Origin: Patescibacteria group bacterium
GTDB lineage: Bacteria; Patescibacteriota; Microgenomatia; Levybacterales; UBA12049
Direction: 5' to 3'
Length of the DNA stretch: 64,000 nt
NCBI GenBank assembly: GCA_035457005.1
Contig: DATICB010000020.1
Span: 2,109-66,108 of the forward strand
Each line of letters opens with the position of its first letter. Positions within the stretch are counted from its first letter, which is position 1. The notes under the pieces were generated by a model that worked only from the letters and a program-made list of their open reading frames with translations, was not told where the DNA came from and did not search any database. Both the position numbers and the translations under genes were made by a program. Below, in pieces: positions 51,189 through 61,291 of this stretch.

Positions 51189-52213
51189 CAAAACAAAAAG
51201 CATTCGGACTAGACATAGGAACACATAGTATAAAAGCTGTCTGGCTTGCAAAAGACCAACGTGGATTTTTTCTCCAATCTGCTCTCACTATGCCCGCTCC
51301 TCAGCGGGGTATGTTGTCTGAATCCCCTCTTGATCAGGAAGAAATGGCAAGAGCAATCAGGACTCTTCTCGATGAAGCAAAAATTTCGACAAAATATGTC
51401 AATGTCGCCTTACCTGAAAACCAAGTGTATACAAAAGTCATCGAAATCCCGACGCTCTCTGATAAAGAATTGGCTTCGGCAATTTACTGGGAGGCCGAGC
51501 AATACATTCCTGTCCCCCTGACGACCATAACGCTTGATTATAAAGTTATTTCTCGTCCACAAACAAAAGCAGCAGGAAACACTATGCGTGTGTTATTGGT
51601 TGGTGCACCAACGGTACTGATTGAAAAATATGAAAAAGTTTTGGGAACAGCAGGACTCATGCTTAATGCAGTGGAGACAGAAATCATTTCTCTCACTCGT
51701 GCGGCAGTTACTGACAATCAGTTTCCAGCAACGCTTATTGTGAATATTGGCGCCATGAGTACGTCTTTGGCAATTATCAAGAATGGTGAACTTGTCTTTA
51801 CCTATTCCCTTGCAACAGGAGGCGTAGCAATTTCCCGGGCAATCGCTGCGGATTTGGGGTTTGCCCTGGCACAAGCTGAGGAATACAAAAAAACGTATGG
51901 GTTAGCAGATAGCGCGTTGGGTGGAAAGTTGGGTAAAGTAACTGAGCCGATTCTCTCTAGTATTCTTACAGAAGTAAGAAAGTCGCTATCTTTCTACAGC
52001 ACAAAATACACCAATGATCCAATAAAACAAATTATTTTGTCTGGTGGATCGGCCAAACTTCCTGGTTTGGCAACCTACTTTACATCCAATACTGGTGTTG
52101 AAACAGCAATTATTAATCCTTGGAAATTACTTATTCCCCAAGAAGTACCAAAAGATATTATTGATAATGCACCAGAGTATGCAATTGCTGCAGGTCTTGC
52201 AATGAGAGACTAG
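51185..52213 (+). CDS. pilM: type IV pilus assembly protein PilM (actin-like ATPase)
   Basis: GLDIGTHSIKAV phosphate-1 motif, 342 aa. Confidence 0.9.
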   Translation: MTKQKAFGLDIGTHSIKAVWLAKDQRGFFLQSALTMPAPQRGMLSESPLDQEEMARAIRTLLDEAKISTKYVNVALPENQVYTKVIEIPTLSDKELASAIYWEAEQYIPVPLTTITLDYKVISRPQTKAAGNTMRVLLVGAPTVLIEKYEKVLGTAGLMLNAVETEIISLTRAAVTDNQFPATLIVNIGAMSTSLAIIKNGELVFTYSLATGGVAISRAIAADLGFALAQAEEYKKTYGLADSALGGKLGKVTEPILSSILTEVRKSLSFYSTKYTNDPIKQIILSGGSAKLPGLATYFTSNTGVETAIINPWKLLIPQEVPKDIIDNAPEYAIAAGLAMRD

Positions 52214-52214
52214 T

Positions 52215-52748
52215 ATGGCTGATATTAATCTACTTATCCAAAAACATCAGGGATTTTTCTCTGAAGACAGACTTTTGCTTTTTTCAAAAGTAGGAGCAAT
52301 AAGTGGCGTCGTGCTTGTTTTGTCTCTTTCAATTCTTTTTTTTCTTTTAAGTCGTGATCCCTCTATTGCACAGGTAAAAGCAGATGAAACAAGAACAATT
52401 GCGCAGTTGACGCTTTTGCAAAGTAAGACAGCAAAATATCTTATTGTGGTAGACAGAATTCAAAAAATTAAAGCAATTGAAAAAAACAAGACAACTTTTG
52501 CTGACACTATTTCTTCATTTGTTGGTCTTATCCCTGGTGGCGCAACAATTACCAACTTTACTTTGGATAAGCACACACTTTCTCTCGCCGTGTCTGCGTC
52601 TGACTTATCGCTTTTGGGAAAAGCAGTCGATAACTTTACATCGCTTGTTTTGCAGAAAAAAATCCTTAAAAATCTGAGCATTCAGGGACTTGTTTCAGAT
52701 GAAAAAGGTGGCAAATATGTCTTAACGCTCTCAGGAGATTTACTATGA
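52215..52748 (+). CDS. pilN: PilN-like pilus assembly protein
   Basis: MADINLL N-terminus, single TM helix, follows pilM by 1 nt. Confidence 0.65.
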   Translation: MADINLLIQKHQGFFSEDRLLLFSKVGAISGVVLVLSLSILFFLLSRDPSIAQVKADETRTIAQLTLLQSKTAKYLIVVDRIQKIKAIEKNKTTFADTISSFVGLIPGGATITNFTLDKHTLSLAVSASDLSLLGKAVDNFTSLVLQKKILKNLSIQGLVSDEKGGKYVLTLSGDLL

Positions 52749-53536
52749 ATACAAATAGCAAAGTGACCATGAACCAACTGGTTTTTCGAAATCTCTATTT
52801 CAGGTATCGAGATTTTATTACACCAGTAAGCACGATATGTGTTTGCATACTGTTGTTTTGGTTTGTGGTAATTCCACAAATGCAGAGCTGGTTTGCGCTT
52901 CGTAACGACCTAACGGTCAACATTCAAGACGTGGGAATTATGCATCAAAACTTGTCATTTCTCACCAAGCTCGACGATGCAGCGCTGTCTACCATGTTGA
53001 CAACAGCAACAAGCGCGTTGCCTGCAGATAAAGATTTTGCTGGTATTGTTGCATCTATTCAAAATGCCGCAGCTGTTTCTGGTGCAACATTGGGTGATTA
53101 CTCTTTTCAATTGGGAGATTTGGCGGGACTGGATCAGAATGGCAAACCATCACAGTTGCCAGTGCAGTTAAATATTGTTTTAAAAGGAGATATTACGGAT
53201 GCACAGCGTTTTGCAGCACAGCTAAAAAAACAATTACCCTTATCAGATGCCATTGCTATCTCGGTGAGTGCAAATCAGTCAATTACAGTAACAGTTGTTT
53301 TTTATTATGCGCAGATTCCTAAAATTGTTTTTCAGGACACAAGACCACTGCCTCTTTTAAGTAAAACCGACCAACAGCTACTTAATAGTCTTGCCAGTGG
53401 TAATAATCTGCAAAATGCAGAGCTTTCTACGCCAGGAGCAAGTGTTTCTGCAACACCAACGCCTGCAGTTAGTCTCGCACCAACACCAACAATTGTGATT
53501 TCCCCTTCGCCAACAGGAACAGCAAGTGCGCAGTAA
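52745..53536 (+). CDS. pilO: PilO-like pilus assembly protein with Thr/Pro/Ala-rich C-terminal tail
   Basis: single TM helix, coiled region, position after pilN with ATGA overlap. Confidence 0.55.
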   Translation: MNTNSKVTMNQLVFRNLYFRYRDFITPVSTICVCILLFWFVVIPQMQSWFALRNDLTVNIQDVGIMHQNLSFLTKLDDAALSTMLTTATSALPADKDFAGIVASIQNAAAVSGATLGDYSFQLGDLAGLDQNGKPSQLPVQLNIVLKGDITDAQRFAAQLKKQLPLSDAIAISVSANQSITVTVVFYYAQIPKIVFQDTRPLPLLSKTDQQLLNSLASGNNLQNAELSTPGASVSATPTPAVSLAPTPTIVISPSPTGTASAQ

Positions 53537-53538
53537 TA

Positions 53539-54219
53539 TTACTTCTTCAGAAGATCTGGACGGTGTTTTTGGGTAATTTCTTTAGCTTTTGTTTGTCGCC
53601 ATGCGGCAATCTCTTTATGATTTCCCGATAAAAGTGTCTTCGGAACAAATACACCGTTATATTCTCGCGGCGTTGTGTATTGGGGAAATTCAAGAAGATT
53701 TTCGCTAAACGATTCAATGCTAGTTGCATCTTCTTTTAAAACACCACTAACGAGTCTTGCAACACTATCGGTAATAAGCATTGCAGGAATTTCCCCACCG
53801 GTAAGAATAAAATCACCAATAGAAATCGTGGCATCAACAAGAGATCTTATTCGCTCGTCAACACCTTCGTAATGTCCACAAATAAGAATAAGGTGTTGCA
53901 GCTGTGAAAATTCCTTAGCTGTTTGCTGTTGAAACGTCTGCCCTCGTGCATCCAAAAGTACTACTTTTTGTTGTGTTTCTGTAAGATTTGTATCTTTGAC
54001 GGACTGAATTGCTTTATCTAGTACGTCAACTTTCATAACCATTCCGACTCCCCCACCGTACGGTCTGTCATCAACAACTTTATGTTTGCCTTCTCCAAAA
54101 TCACGGATATTTACCAATTTAATTTCCAAAAGATTTTTTTCTTGTGCATGTTTAAGAATGGATTCACGGAATGGACCAGTAAACATTTCTGGAAAAAGAG
54201 TGAGAATAGTTATCTTCAT
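53539..54219 (-). CDS. trmD: tRNA (guanine37-N1)-methyltransferase
   Basis: SPOUT knot motifs; MKITILTLFPEMF...RPYGGGVGMVMK. Confidence 0.9.
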   Translation of the reverse strand: MKITILTLFPEMFTGPFRESILKHAQEKNLLEIKLVNIRDFGEGKHKVVDDRPYGGGVGMVMKVDVLDKAIQSVKDTNLTETQQKVVLLDARGQTFQQQTAKEFSQLQHLILICGHYEGVDERIRSLVDATISIGDFILTGGEIPAMLITDSVARLVSGVLKEDATSIESFSENLLEFPQYTTPREYNGVFVPKTLLSGNHKEIAAWRQTKAKEITQKHRPDLLKK

Positions 54220-54257
54220 GTGCTTATTATACTAAATTTGCCTGCACCAAACAATGA

Positions 54258-54776
54258 CTATAGGTTTTGAATAATCTGTTCTATTGTTTGTTCGTTTGAA
54301 TCTTGATTTGGAACAACTATGGTATGTTCGTCTTCTGTCGGAACCTTAAAATGGTGAATAACCTCATCAAAATCTTCCTCACGGATATCCTGGCGCTTTC
54401 CTGTCTTTTTATTTTCCTGCCACCTCTCTTTTGCAATGTGCTCACTTGTTGGCACATAAACAACATACGCCTTCGCATTACAGGAAGCAGCAATTTCCCT
54501 CAGCTCATCCCGCTCTTTTCGCATATAGGCAACACCATCTGCAATGACGGATTCCCCTTTTGTTAGTGCGTTACGAATGCTTTTATAGTAGTGGGCATAT
54601 GCCTTAACCCAATCATCATAGTCAATTTGTTTTTCCAGGCTAAATTCAATTCCTAACTCAATATTAATGTCATCGACAGTAATTCGCTTAAATCCTTTCT
54701 GTTCAAACAACTTTGCTAAAGTTGTTTTACCAGCAAAAGGAAGACCGCATAAAATCAGAAGAACGGGTTGAGCCAT
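54258..54776 (-). CDS. P-loop kinase-like ATPase (AAA_33/zeta-toxin-like fold)
   Basis: Walker A LCGLPFAGKTT; 172 aa. Confidence 0.55.
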   Translation of the reverse strand: MAQPVLLILCGLPFAGKTTLAKLFEQKGFKRITVDDINIELGIEFSLEKQIDYDDWVKAYAHYYKSIRNALTKGESVIADGVAYMRKERDELREIAASCNAKAYVVYVPTSEHIAKERWQENKKTGKRQDIREEDFDEVIHHFKVPTEDEHTIVVPNQDSNEQTIEQIIQNL

Positions 54777-54799
54777 GATATCTATTGTAGACGGAGATT

Positions 54800-55033
54800 C
54801 TATACTTCAGCAAGTTGGACTTGGACTTTTTTGTTCTGCTTCATTGCGGGGATTTTCATAAGATTTCGGATTGCGCGAATTACTCTGCCACCTTTACCAA
54901 TAAGTTTTCCCATGTCTTCTTTGCTTGGTGTAATGGTAAGTGTAACAACGCCGTCAATTTCCTCTTCGGTAACACTAATAGTTGCGGGGTCTTCAACAAG
55001 ATTTTTAACGATGTATTCTAAGATGTCTTTCAT
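54800..55033 (-). CDS. KH-domain RNA-binding protein (YlqC/UPF0109)
   Basis: GKLIGKGGRVIRAIR GXXG loop; start moved to MKDILEYIV to avoid overlapping rpsP. Confidence 0.8.
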   Translation of the reverse strand: MKDILEYIVKNLVEDPATISVTEEEIDGVVTLTITPSKEDMGKLIGKGGRVIRAIRNLMKIPAMKQNKKVQVQLAEV

Positions 55034-55043
55034 ATAAGAGTCT

Positions 55044-55268
55044 TTATGCAATCAGTTTTTTCACTGTTGCAGATGGTCGTGCACCTTGGGAAATCCAATA
55101 CTGAACTCTATCCATTTTAAGATCTTTGGTAACGCCTTTTGCTGTTTTAACAACCCAACCTAAATACTCAGCTGGTCTGCCGTCTCGTCGGTATCGTCGT
55201 TCGGTAACAACAAGACGATATTTTGCTTCGCCTTTGTGTCCTGTTTTGGTAAGTCGAATTACTAACAT
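55044..55268 (-). CDS. rpsP: 30S ribosomal protein S16
   Basis: MLVIRLTKTGHKGEAKYRLVVTERRYRRDGRPAEYLGWV; start moved to MLVIRL (13 nt after the rnc stop). Confidence 0.85.
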   Translation of the reverse strand: MLVIRLTKTGHKGEAKYRLVVTERRYRRDGRPAEYLGWVVKTAKGVTKDLKMDRVQYWISQGARPSATVKKLIA

Positions 55269-55281
55269 AGATGTAATTATA

Positions 55282-55944
55282 CTATTTTTGGCTGCTCTTC
55301 TCAAGAGCCTGCTTTGCGGCCATTTCTTCTGCAGCTTGCTTTGATTTACCCTGTCCTTTGCCTTGTAGCTCGTCTTTTACATAGACACCAACGGTAAAGA
55401 TTTTTGCATGTGAAGGCCCTGCCTCTTCCAAGACTTTGTACACTGGTGAGCTATGGTGACGAGACTGGGTTTGTTCTTGAAAAAGGCTTTTTGGGTCTTT
55501 AAATTGATTACTTTTCACTATCTCATCCATTTTTGGGAAAAGATTGGTGGCAATAAATGCAGAAGTAGCAGCAATCCCCTGATCCAGGAAAAGTGCGCCA
55601 ATAAAGCTTTCAAAACTATCTGCCAAAAGACTCTGGTTTTCCCTGCCCTTTGCTTCTTCCTCGCCTTTGGAAAGTCGCAAATAGTCGCCAAATCCTAAAT
55701 CCTTGGCTGTTTGGGCAAGAATTTTGGTATTTACTAAAAGTGAGCGAATATTGGTAAGAATGCCTTCGTTAAATTGTGGATATTTTTTGAATAATTCCTG
55801 TGAAACAACAAAAGAAAGAATACTATCACCCAAAAATTCGAGTCGTTCGTTGGACTCAATTTTATCTTTTGCTTCATTCAAAAAAGATCTGTGAGTAAAG
55901 GCCTGTTCAAAAAGTTCTTTATTGGTAAATACTGGCAATGTCAT
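55282..55944 (-). CDS. rnc: ribonuclease III
   Basis: RNase III signature ERLEFLGDSIL, C-terminal dsRBD. Confidence 0.9.
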   Translation of the reverse strand: MTLPVFTNKELFEQAFTHRSFLNEAKDKIESNERLEFLGDSILSFVVSQELFKKYPQFNEGILTNIRSLLVNTKILAQTAKDLGFGDYLRLSKGEEEAKGRENQSLLADSFESFIGALFLDQGIAATSAFIATNLFPKMDEIVKSNQFKDPKSLFQEQTQSRHHSSPVYKVLEEAGPSHAKIFTVGVYVKDELQGKGQGKSKQAAEEMAAKQALEKSSQK

Positions 55945-55952
55945 AGTTGTGT

Positions 55953-56312
55953 TTACTTACTAACGGGTTTTTCAATCAGTTTGCCTAAAGCGCCATTAAC
56001 AAAACTGGCACTGTGCTCTCCTCCATATTCTTTTGCCAGCTCTATTGCCTCGTCAACAACGACTTTTGGTGGTGCACTTTTCTCGATTTCCAGCTCATAC
56101 ACTGCAAGTCGAAGAATAGCCAAGTCTACTTTGTTAATTTTTTCAATTGGAAATTCCGGCGCAGCCTTTCTAATACGCTCATCCAGCGTCTCTATTTTGG
56201 AAAAAATCTCTTTTGCCTTTACAGATACTGGCTGTTTGTGGAAATCCTCCTTAAAAAGCTCCTCAACTAATTTTTGTCTTTTTTTGTGTCTGGGGTCAAG
56301 GGGGTTTTTCAT
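55953..56312 (-). CDS. nusB: transcription antitermination factor NusB
   Basis: 119 aa all-helical; C-terminal FVNGALGK motif. Confidence 0.8.
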   Translation of the reverse strand: MKNPLDPRHKKRQKLVEELFKEDFHKQPVSVKAKEIFSKIETLDERIRKAAPEFPIEKINKVDLAILRLAVYELEIEKSAPPKVVVDEAIELAKEYGGEHSASFVNGALGKLIEKPVSK

Positions 56313-56323
56313 GAGCTACTGTT

Positions 56324-56527
56324 TTAGCCTCGTGTTATTTTTGCTTTTTGCTCTTTCTTCACAACATTCGTACCTTTATAGAATCCGCAAAATTGGCAGA
56401 CTGTGTGGGGTTTGGTAAGTTGGCCACAATTTGGACATGCTGTTAAACTTGCTGCTGCAAGCTTGATTGATGCTCGCCTTTTGCCTTTTCGTCCTGTTGA
56501 ATGTCGTCGTTTTGGCTCGTGTGGCAT
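56324..56527 (-). CDS. rpmF: 50S ribosomal protein L32
   Basis: MPHEPKRRHSTGRKGKRRA...CPNCGQLTKPHTVCQFCGFYKG (Cys4 ribbon). Confidence 0.8.
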   Translation of the reverse strand: MPHEPKRRHSTGRKGKRRASIKLAAASLTACPNCGQLTKPHTVCQFCGFYKGTNVVKKEQKAKITRG

Positions 56528-56569
56528 AGTAGATGTATTTTAGCGTATTTTGAGCTGACCTGCAAGGAT

Positions 56570-58675
56570 CTAGTCTGGGCTGACTTTTTTGGTGCTTATT
56601 TCCTCAACTTTTTGTGCCAGAAAAGGAAGCCTTCCTAGTTGTGGAAAAAGTATTGCTGCTTCCTGTTTGGCTAGTTCTAACAGTTTGGTATCACCAAACG
56701 AGGCTATTTTTAGCCATTTTCTGCCGTGTTGGGCTGTTCCGTATAATTCCCCTGCACCTCGCATTTTTAAATCCAATTCTGCCAACTCTGCGCCATTATG
56801 GATGTGTTCCATGCTTTTGAGTCGCTGTGTTGTTTGCGGATTGTTTGATTCTGTAAACAAAAGACAATAAGACTGCTTGTCTCCTCTGCCAACTCTACCC
56901 CTGAGTTGGTGTAGTTGAGAAAGTCCAAATCTGTCTGCTGCCTCGATAAGAATAATAGTTGCGTTGGGAATATCTATGCCAACCTCAACGACCGGTGTTG
57001 CGACAAGAATATCTATTTTCCCTGTTCGAAATTCTTCCAAAACCGCATCCTTTTCTTTTGCCCGCATTTTTCCGTGGAGCAGCCCTAGTTTTAATTTTGG
57101 AAAAACAGACCTCTGAAGCCGCTCAAATTCACTGGATGCTGCTTTTATTGTGGTTAGCGTTTCTGATTCTTCGATAAATGGGCAGACAATAAAAGCTTGA
57201 TCGCCTTTTGCGATTTGTTCAGCAATCCATTTATAGCCACTTTCCCTTTTCTGTTGTGGCACAAGCCATGTTTTAATTTCACGTCTTCCTTTCGGCATTT
57301 CATCAAGAATAGATAAATCCAAATCGCCGTATAGAGTGAGCGCAACGGTTCGAGGAATAGGCGTTGCCGTCATGGTAAGAACATGAGGATTATTGCCTTT
57401 CGAACGAATTATTGATCGTTGCTCGACACCAAAACGGTGTTGCTCGTCAATGACCACAAGTCCTAATTTTTCGTAATTTATGTTGTCAGACAGCACCGCA
57501 TGAGTACCAATAAGCATGTCAAAGGAATTGTCATTGTAAGGAGCTTGCGACGCGGCAATCTCATTTTTATTAGATTGCTTCGCTTTGCTCGCAATGACAC
57601 GTTCTGTTTTTCTTGAACCAGTTGCCAAATCAACCCGCACTCCCAGTGGCTCGAGTAATTTTTTAATTGTTTGGTAATGTTGATTGGCCAAGATTTCTGT
57701 TGGCGCCATAAGTACTGACTGAAATCCGTTTAATTTTGCTAAAAATAATGCTATTGCTGCAACCACTGTTTTGCCACTTCCCACGTCCCCTTCTAAGAGC
57801 CTATTCATTACGTGGACAGATGCCAGGTCGGTCATAATTTCATGAATTGCTTTTCTTTGGGCATTGGTTGGCTCAAAAGGCAAGCTTTCCCAAAATGTGT
57901 CTATTTCTTTTTGAAATTTTTCAATAGCAAATTGCTGTCCACGTGCTTTTTGCTGCCACTCAGATTTTCTTTTTTTATTGGCCAAATATAAAAGAAGTAA
58001 TTCATCAAATCCCAATCGTTCTTTCGCTTTTTCAGACAGTTCCAAACTTTCTGGAAAATGCACTTCTCGTATTGCTTTTTCAAATGGTTCAAGATGCAGT
58101 TTTTCCACTTCTTCAACTGGTAAAAACTCATTGAGTTCGTAACTTGTTGCAAGGATCTTATCTACTTGGCGCCTGAGCCATTTGGACGAAACGCCGGCTG
58201 TCTCGGGATACACAGGGACAAGTCTGCCGGTATGAATCGTATGGCCACTCGTTGGAATTACCTCAAAATCAGGAGCAGAAAGGCTGGGAATAAACCCGTC
58301 TGATTGCACTCTTCCAGACAAAGACACCACGTCGCCAAATTTGAGCGTTTTGGTAATGTATGGCTGATTAAACCAAATAACCTGCAATGTTCCGCTGTCA
58401 TCCGTTATCGCAGCTTTTTGGATTTGCTTTCGAGACCTTGTATAGGTGTTGGTAATTTCGGTAATTCTCCCTTGGACAGTGCACAGCTCTCCCGGAACAA
58501 TATCTTTTATTGCAACAATACGCGAGTAATCATCATAGCGACTTGGTAAGTGGTAAAGAAAGTCACCAAGCTTGGTTATGTCTAATTTTTCCAGACGCGA
58601 TGCGTAATTATTGTACAATTTGCCTGCATCCGTAAGAGGGGTCGCGAGTTTCACATTGTGATTATACACCAGACA
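56570..58675 (-). CDS. recG: ATP-dependent DNA helicase RecG
   Basis: wedge domain, helicase motifs (GDVGSGKT, DEQHRFG), TRG motif; start at ATG 58675 (MSGVYNHNV), overlapping the upstream small ORF stop as TAATG. Confidence 0.9.
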   Translation of the reverse strand, partial: CLVYNHNVKLATPLTDAGKLYNNYASRLEKLDITKLGDFLYHLPSRYDDYSRIVAIKDIVPGELCTVQGRITEITNTYTRSRKQIQKAAITDDSGTLQVIWFNQPYITKTLKFGDVVSLSGRVQSDGFIPSLSAPDFEVIPTSGHTIHTGRLVPVYPETAGVSSKWLRRQVDKILATSYELNEFLPVEEVEKLHLEPFEKAIREVHFPESLELSEKAKERLGFDELLLLYLANKKRKSEWQQKARGQQFAIEKFQKEIDTFWESLPFEPTNAQRKAIHEIMTDLASVHVMNRLLEGDVGSGKTVVAAIALFLAKLNGFQSVLMAPTEILANQHYQTIKKLLEPLGVRVDLATGSRKTERVIASKAKQSNKNEIAASQAPYNDNSFDMLIGTHAVLSDNINYEKLGLVVIDEQHRFGVEQRSIIRSKGNNPHVLTMTATPIPRTVALTLYGDLDLSILDEMPKGRREIKTWLVPQQKRESGYKWIAEQIAKGDQAFIVCPFIEESETLTTIKAASSEFERLQRSVFPKLKLGLLHGKMRAKEKDAVLEEFRTGKIDILVATPVVEVGIDIPNATIILIEAADRFGLSQLHQLRGRVGRGDKQSYCLLFTESNNPQTTQRLKSMEHIHNGAELAELDLKMRGAGELYGTAQHGRKWLKIASFGDTKLLELAKQEAAILFPQLGRLPFLAQKVEEISTKKVSPD

Positions 58676-58789
58676 TTATTGACCAATTGCAGCTAGATAA
58701 AATGGAACAAATGTTGTTGCAATAAGTGCAAGACTCCCAACAATAATGAGAATTCGCAGTACCCACTGATGTTTTCTAAAAAATTCCAT
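58676..58789 (-). CDS. small membrane protein (37 aa) translationally coupled to recG
   Basis: MEFFRKHQWVLRILIIVGSLALIATTFVPFYLAAIGQ; its stop overlaps the recG start (TAATG). Confidence 0.4.
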   Translation of the reverse strand: MEFFRKHQWVLRILIIVGSLALIATTFVPFYLAAIGQ

Positions 58790-58870
58790 AAATTTGTCAT
58801 TGCGAGCAAACAAGGTTTGCGCGGCAATCTTATATCAGATTGCTTCGTCATTGCATTCCTCGCAATGACA

Positions 58871-60100
58871 CTAGTCTAGTGTAATTCTTATGTAATTTCT
58901 TTTACCAACTTTCAATATCATATTGTCATCAAGTTTAATTAATTGTTTTGGATCTAGAATTTTTTCTCCATCTATAGATACCGCACCCTGCTGAACTAGT
59001 CGTTTTGCTTCTGATGCGCTGGGTGCTAAGTTTAGCGCTACCAAAACGTCTGTTATCCATCTACCTTCTTTAATTGCATCTGCTAATGATATCTTTTCCA
59101 GATCTTTTTCTGTAACAGTAGGAACATCTGATGGCATTTCTTTTTTCTGGACAGTTCGCTCAAAGTATTCCTGAGCAGATTTTGCTGCTTCTTCGTGATT
59201 GAGCTGTTTTACTATTTCGAATGCTAATCTTTTCTTATGCTCAACCGGATGTGCACCTGCTTTTAGTTCTTCTGCAACTTTTTCAACCTCGTCCATTGGC
59301 ACATCGGTTAGGTATTCTAAGCCTTTCACAATAATATCGTCAGAAAGACTCATTATCTTGCCAAAAAGATCTTCCGGTTTGTCGTTTAATGCAATAACAT
59401 TACCTTCTGTTTTACCAATTTTTCGTCCCTCACTGTCTGTTAAAAGTGGCGTTGTCATGACAAATTTTTCTCTATTCTGCATTTCCCGTACCAGTTTTCG
59501 TCCAGCCAACATGTTGAATGTTTGATCTGTTCCGCCCAATTCTGCATCTGCAGAAATTGCGACTGAGTCGTACCCCTGTAAAAGCGGATATAAAAACTCT
59601 CGAAGATTCACGTCTTCTCCTTTTTTCATTCGATCCTGAAACATATCTCTTTCTGCTAATTGCTGCAAAGAAAAGTGTCCGGCGATATCTAAAATATCTT
59701 TGAGTGTTAATTTATTCAGCCAGTCGCCGTTGTAAACAATTTCAACAGGATTCTCGCCATCAAAATTTACTAATTTTTTTGCCTGCATCACGTAATCTTT
59801 GGCATTCTGTTTTAGTTCTTCTTCGGAAAGATATTTTTCTCGTGCACGTGTTTTACCAGAAGGATCGCCAGCAAGGCCTGTTCCTGTGCCAATGAGGAAA
59901 ACTACTTTATGACCTGCTTTTTGCCAATGAGCAAGCTTACGAAATCCCACCATATGACCAATATGAAGTTGAATGCCGGTTGGGTCAAATCCTTGGTAGA
60001 TCTTTAATTTTTTTCCACTGCGAAGCATCTTCTCAAGATCCTCTTGAGAAGGATAAATAGTATCAACACCACGAGTAAGAAGTTCTTCTATTTTATCCAT
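58871..60100 (-). CDS. tyrS: tyrosyl-tRNA synthetase
   Basis: HIGH-type motif (HIGHMVG), KMSKS-like KFGKTEGN, C-terminal S4 domain. Confidence 0.9.
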   Translation of the reverse strand: MDKIEELLTRGVDTIYPSQEDLEKMLRSGKKLKIYQGFDPTGIQLHIGHMVGFRKLAHWQKAGHKVVFLIGTGTGLAGDPSGKTRAREKYLSEEELKQNAKDYVMQAKKLVNFDGENPVEIVYNGDWLNKLTLKDILDIAGHFSLQQLAERDMFQDRMKKGEDVNLREFLYPLLQGYDSVAISADAELGGTDQTFNMLAGRKLVREMQNREKFVMTTPLLTDSEGRKIGKTEGNVIALNDKPEDLFGKIMSLSDDIIVKGLEYLTDVPMDEVEKVAEELKAGAHPVEHKKRLAFEIVKQLNHEEAAKSAQEYFERTVQKKEMPSDVPTVTEKDLEKISLADAIKEGRWITDVLVALNLAPSASEAKRLVQQGAVSIDGEKILDPKQLIKLDDNMILKVGKRNYIRITLD

Positions 60101-60170
60101 ATTTTCTCAAAGTATAGCATGATTTTTTTTGAGTAGCTAGCCGCGGACTAGTCTACTCATGCTAATTGGC

Positions 60171-60341
60171 TTATCCCCCAATCTGCCAAGGAACAGGTTC
60201 TCCAGGGTGTTCTTTTCGCCACTTTTCGGTGGCTTTGTCGATTCGATCTATACGATCTCTTCGTTGTCTGGGTGTTTCCTGCACTTGTTGATTAGGTTTT
60301 TTACTTTCTGGAGTTTTACCTCCTCTATTTCTTTCAGCCAT
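60171..60341 (-). CDS. small basic hypothetical protein (56 aa)
   Basis: MAERNRGGKTPESKKPNQQVQETPRQRRDRIDRIDKATEKWRKEHPGEPVPWQIGG; GAGG-containing stretch upstream; between tyrS and the HAD gene. Confidence 0.3.
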   Translation of the reverse strand: MAERNRGGKTPESKKPNQQVQETPRQRRDRIDRIDKATEKWRKEHPGEPVPWQIGG

Positions 60342-60346
60342 CTCTA

Positions 60347-61138
60347 TCACCTCCTCTCATATTGATTCTCTGAAAGATCTCTTTCAGAGGCGAAAAGAAA
60401 CGGAAGAGATGAAAAATCATGTACAGTAAGTGCGGCTCCGGCATTTTTTAATTCTTCAGCACTTTTTGTACTTGTTCTGCCAATTGTTTTTATATTAATT
60501 GATGCACCAGCTTGTATGTCTGATGGTGTATCTCCAATAAATACTGATTGTTCAACTAGTTCTTCAAAAGGAATTCCAAAGTGCTCAGCAACTTTTTGGA
60601 AATGCCCTTCACCTTTTTTAAGACTTGGATCATTTGGGTTTGTTCCAATAGCAAAATCAATACATTCTGCGAGTTCTGGATGGAGCTCTAAAAGTTGAAA
60701 AATATTTTTTGTCGGACGAGAGGAGGAAATAAAAAGGTGAATACCTTGCTGCTTAAGGCTTTTTAGGGCACTCGTTATATCAGGGAAAAGTTCCAGAGGT
60801 TGATTAAAGAATTCTATATCTATACTGTTGGCAATAAATTGCCGTAAATCCATAGAAACTAAGCGAAGAAGATGGTTAGAAGGTAAAGAAAGGCTATTGG
60901 GAAGAGTTTCAAGCTGTCTAATCGTTGGGTTGCCCATGGTAGCTTGAGCAAATTGATGCGTTGTATTTTCTGGAACATGAAAAAGGCGGGAAGTTCTTGT
61001 TGCAAACACTTCTGGAAAACTTCTTGTTGGTTCTTTCAGAATTGTTCCATCTAAATCAAAACCAACAAAACGCACGCTTTTAAAAGGTTTTGTTTCAATT
61101 CTTTGTACTGGTTGCTCAATTGTTCTCATATATCCCAT
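60347..61138 (-). CDS. HAD-superfamily hydrolase
   Basis: motif I FDLDGTI, motif IV GDTPSDIQAG. Confidence 0.7.
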   Translation of the reverse strand: MGYMRTIEQPVQRIETKPFKSVRFVGFDLDGTILKEPTRSFPEVFATRTSRLFHVPENTTHQFAQATMGNPTIRQLETLPNSLSLPSNHLLRLVSMDLRQFIANSIDIEFFNQPLELFPDITSALKSLKQQGIHLFISSSRPTKNIFQLLELHPELAECIDFAIGTNPNDPSLKKGEGHFQKVAEHFGIPFEELVEQSVFIGDTPSDIQAGASINIKTIGRTSTKSAEELKNAGAALTVHDFSSLPFLFASERDLSENQYERR

Positions 61139-61291
61139 AAAAAAATCTCCCTGGTGGGAGATGATTGTTTTGCTGAAAATTATTTATTTATCCATTAGCA
61201 CGCACAATCTCCCCCGTCAGAGAGGTTGTAATAATAAGCACTTCGTGTCGAAAGACTCATAGTTATATTATTCTAACAATGTTGCGGGGAC

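Noticed and set aside
58797-58870. Inverted repeats gtcattgcgag ... ctcgcaatgac and smaller hairpins downstream of tyrS
   Set aside because: Probably a T-run-less terminator or spacer structures between tyrS and the recG operon; nothing more specific is supportable
60159-60365. 68-aa + strand ORF between tyrS and the HAD gene
   Set aside because: Hydrophobic low-complexity translation; the opposite-strand 56-aa basic ORF at 60171-60341 is the more gene-like reading, and both are uncertain
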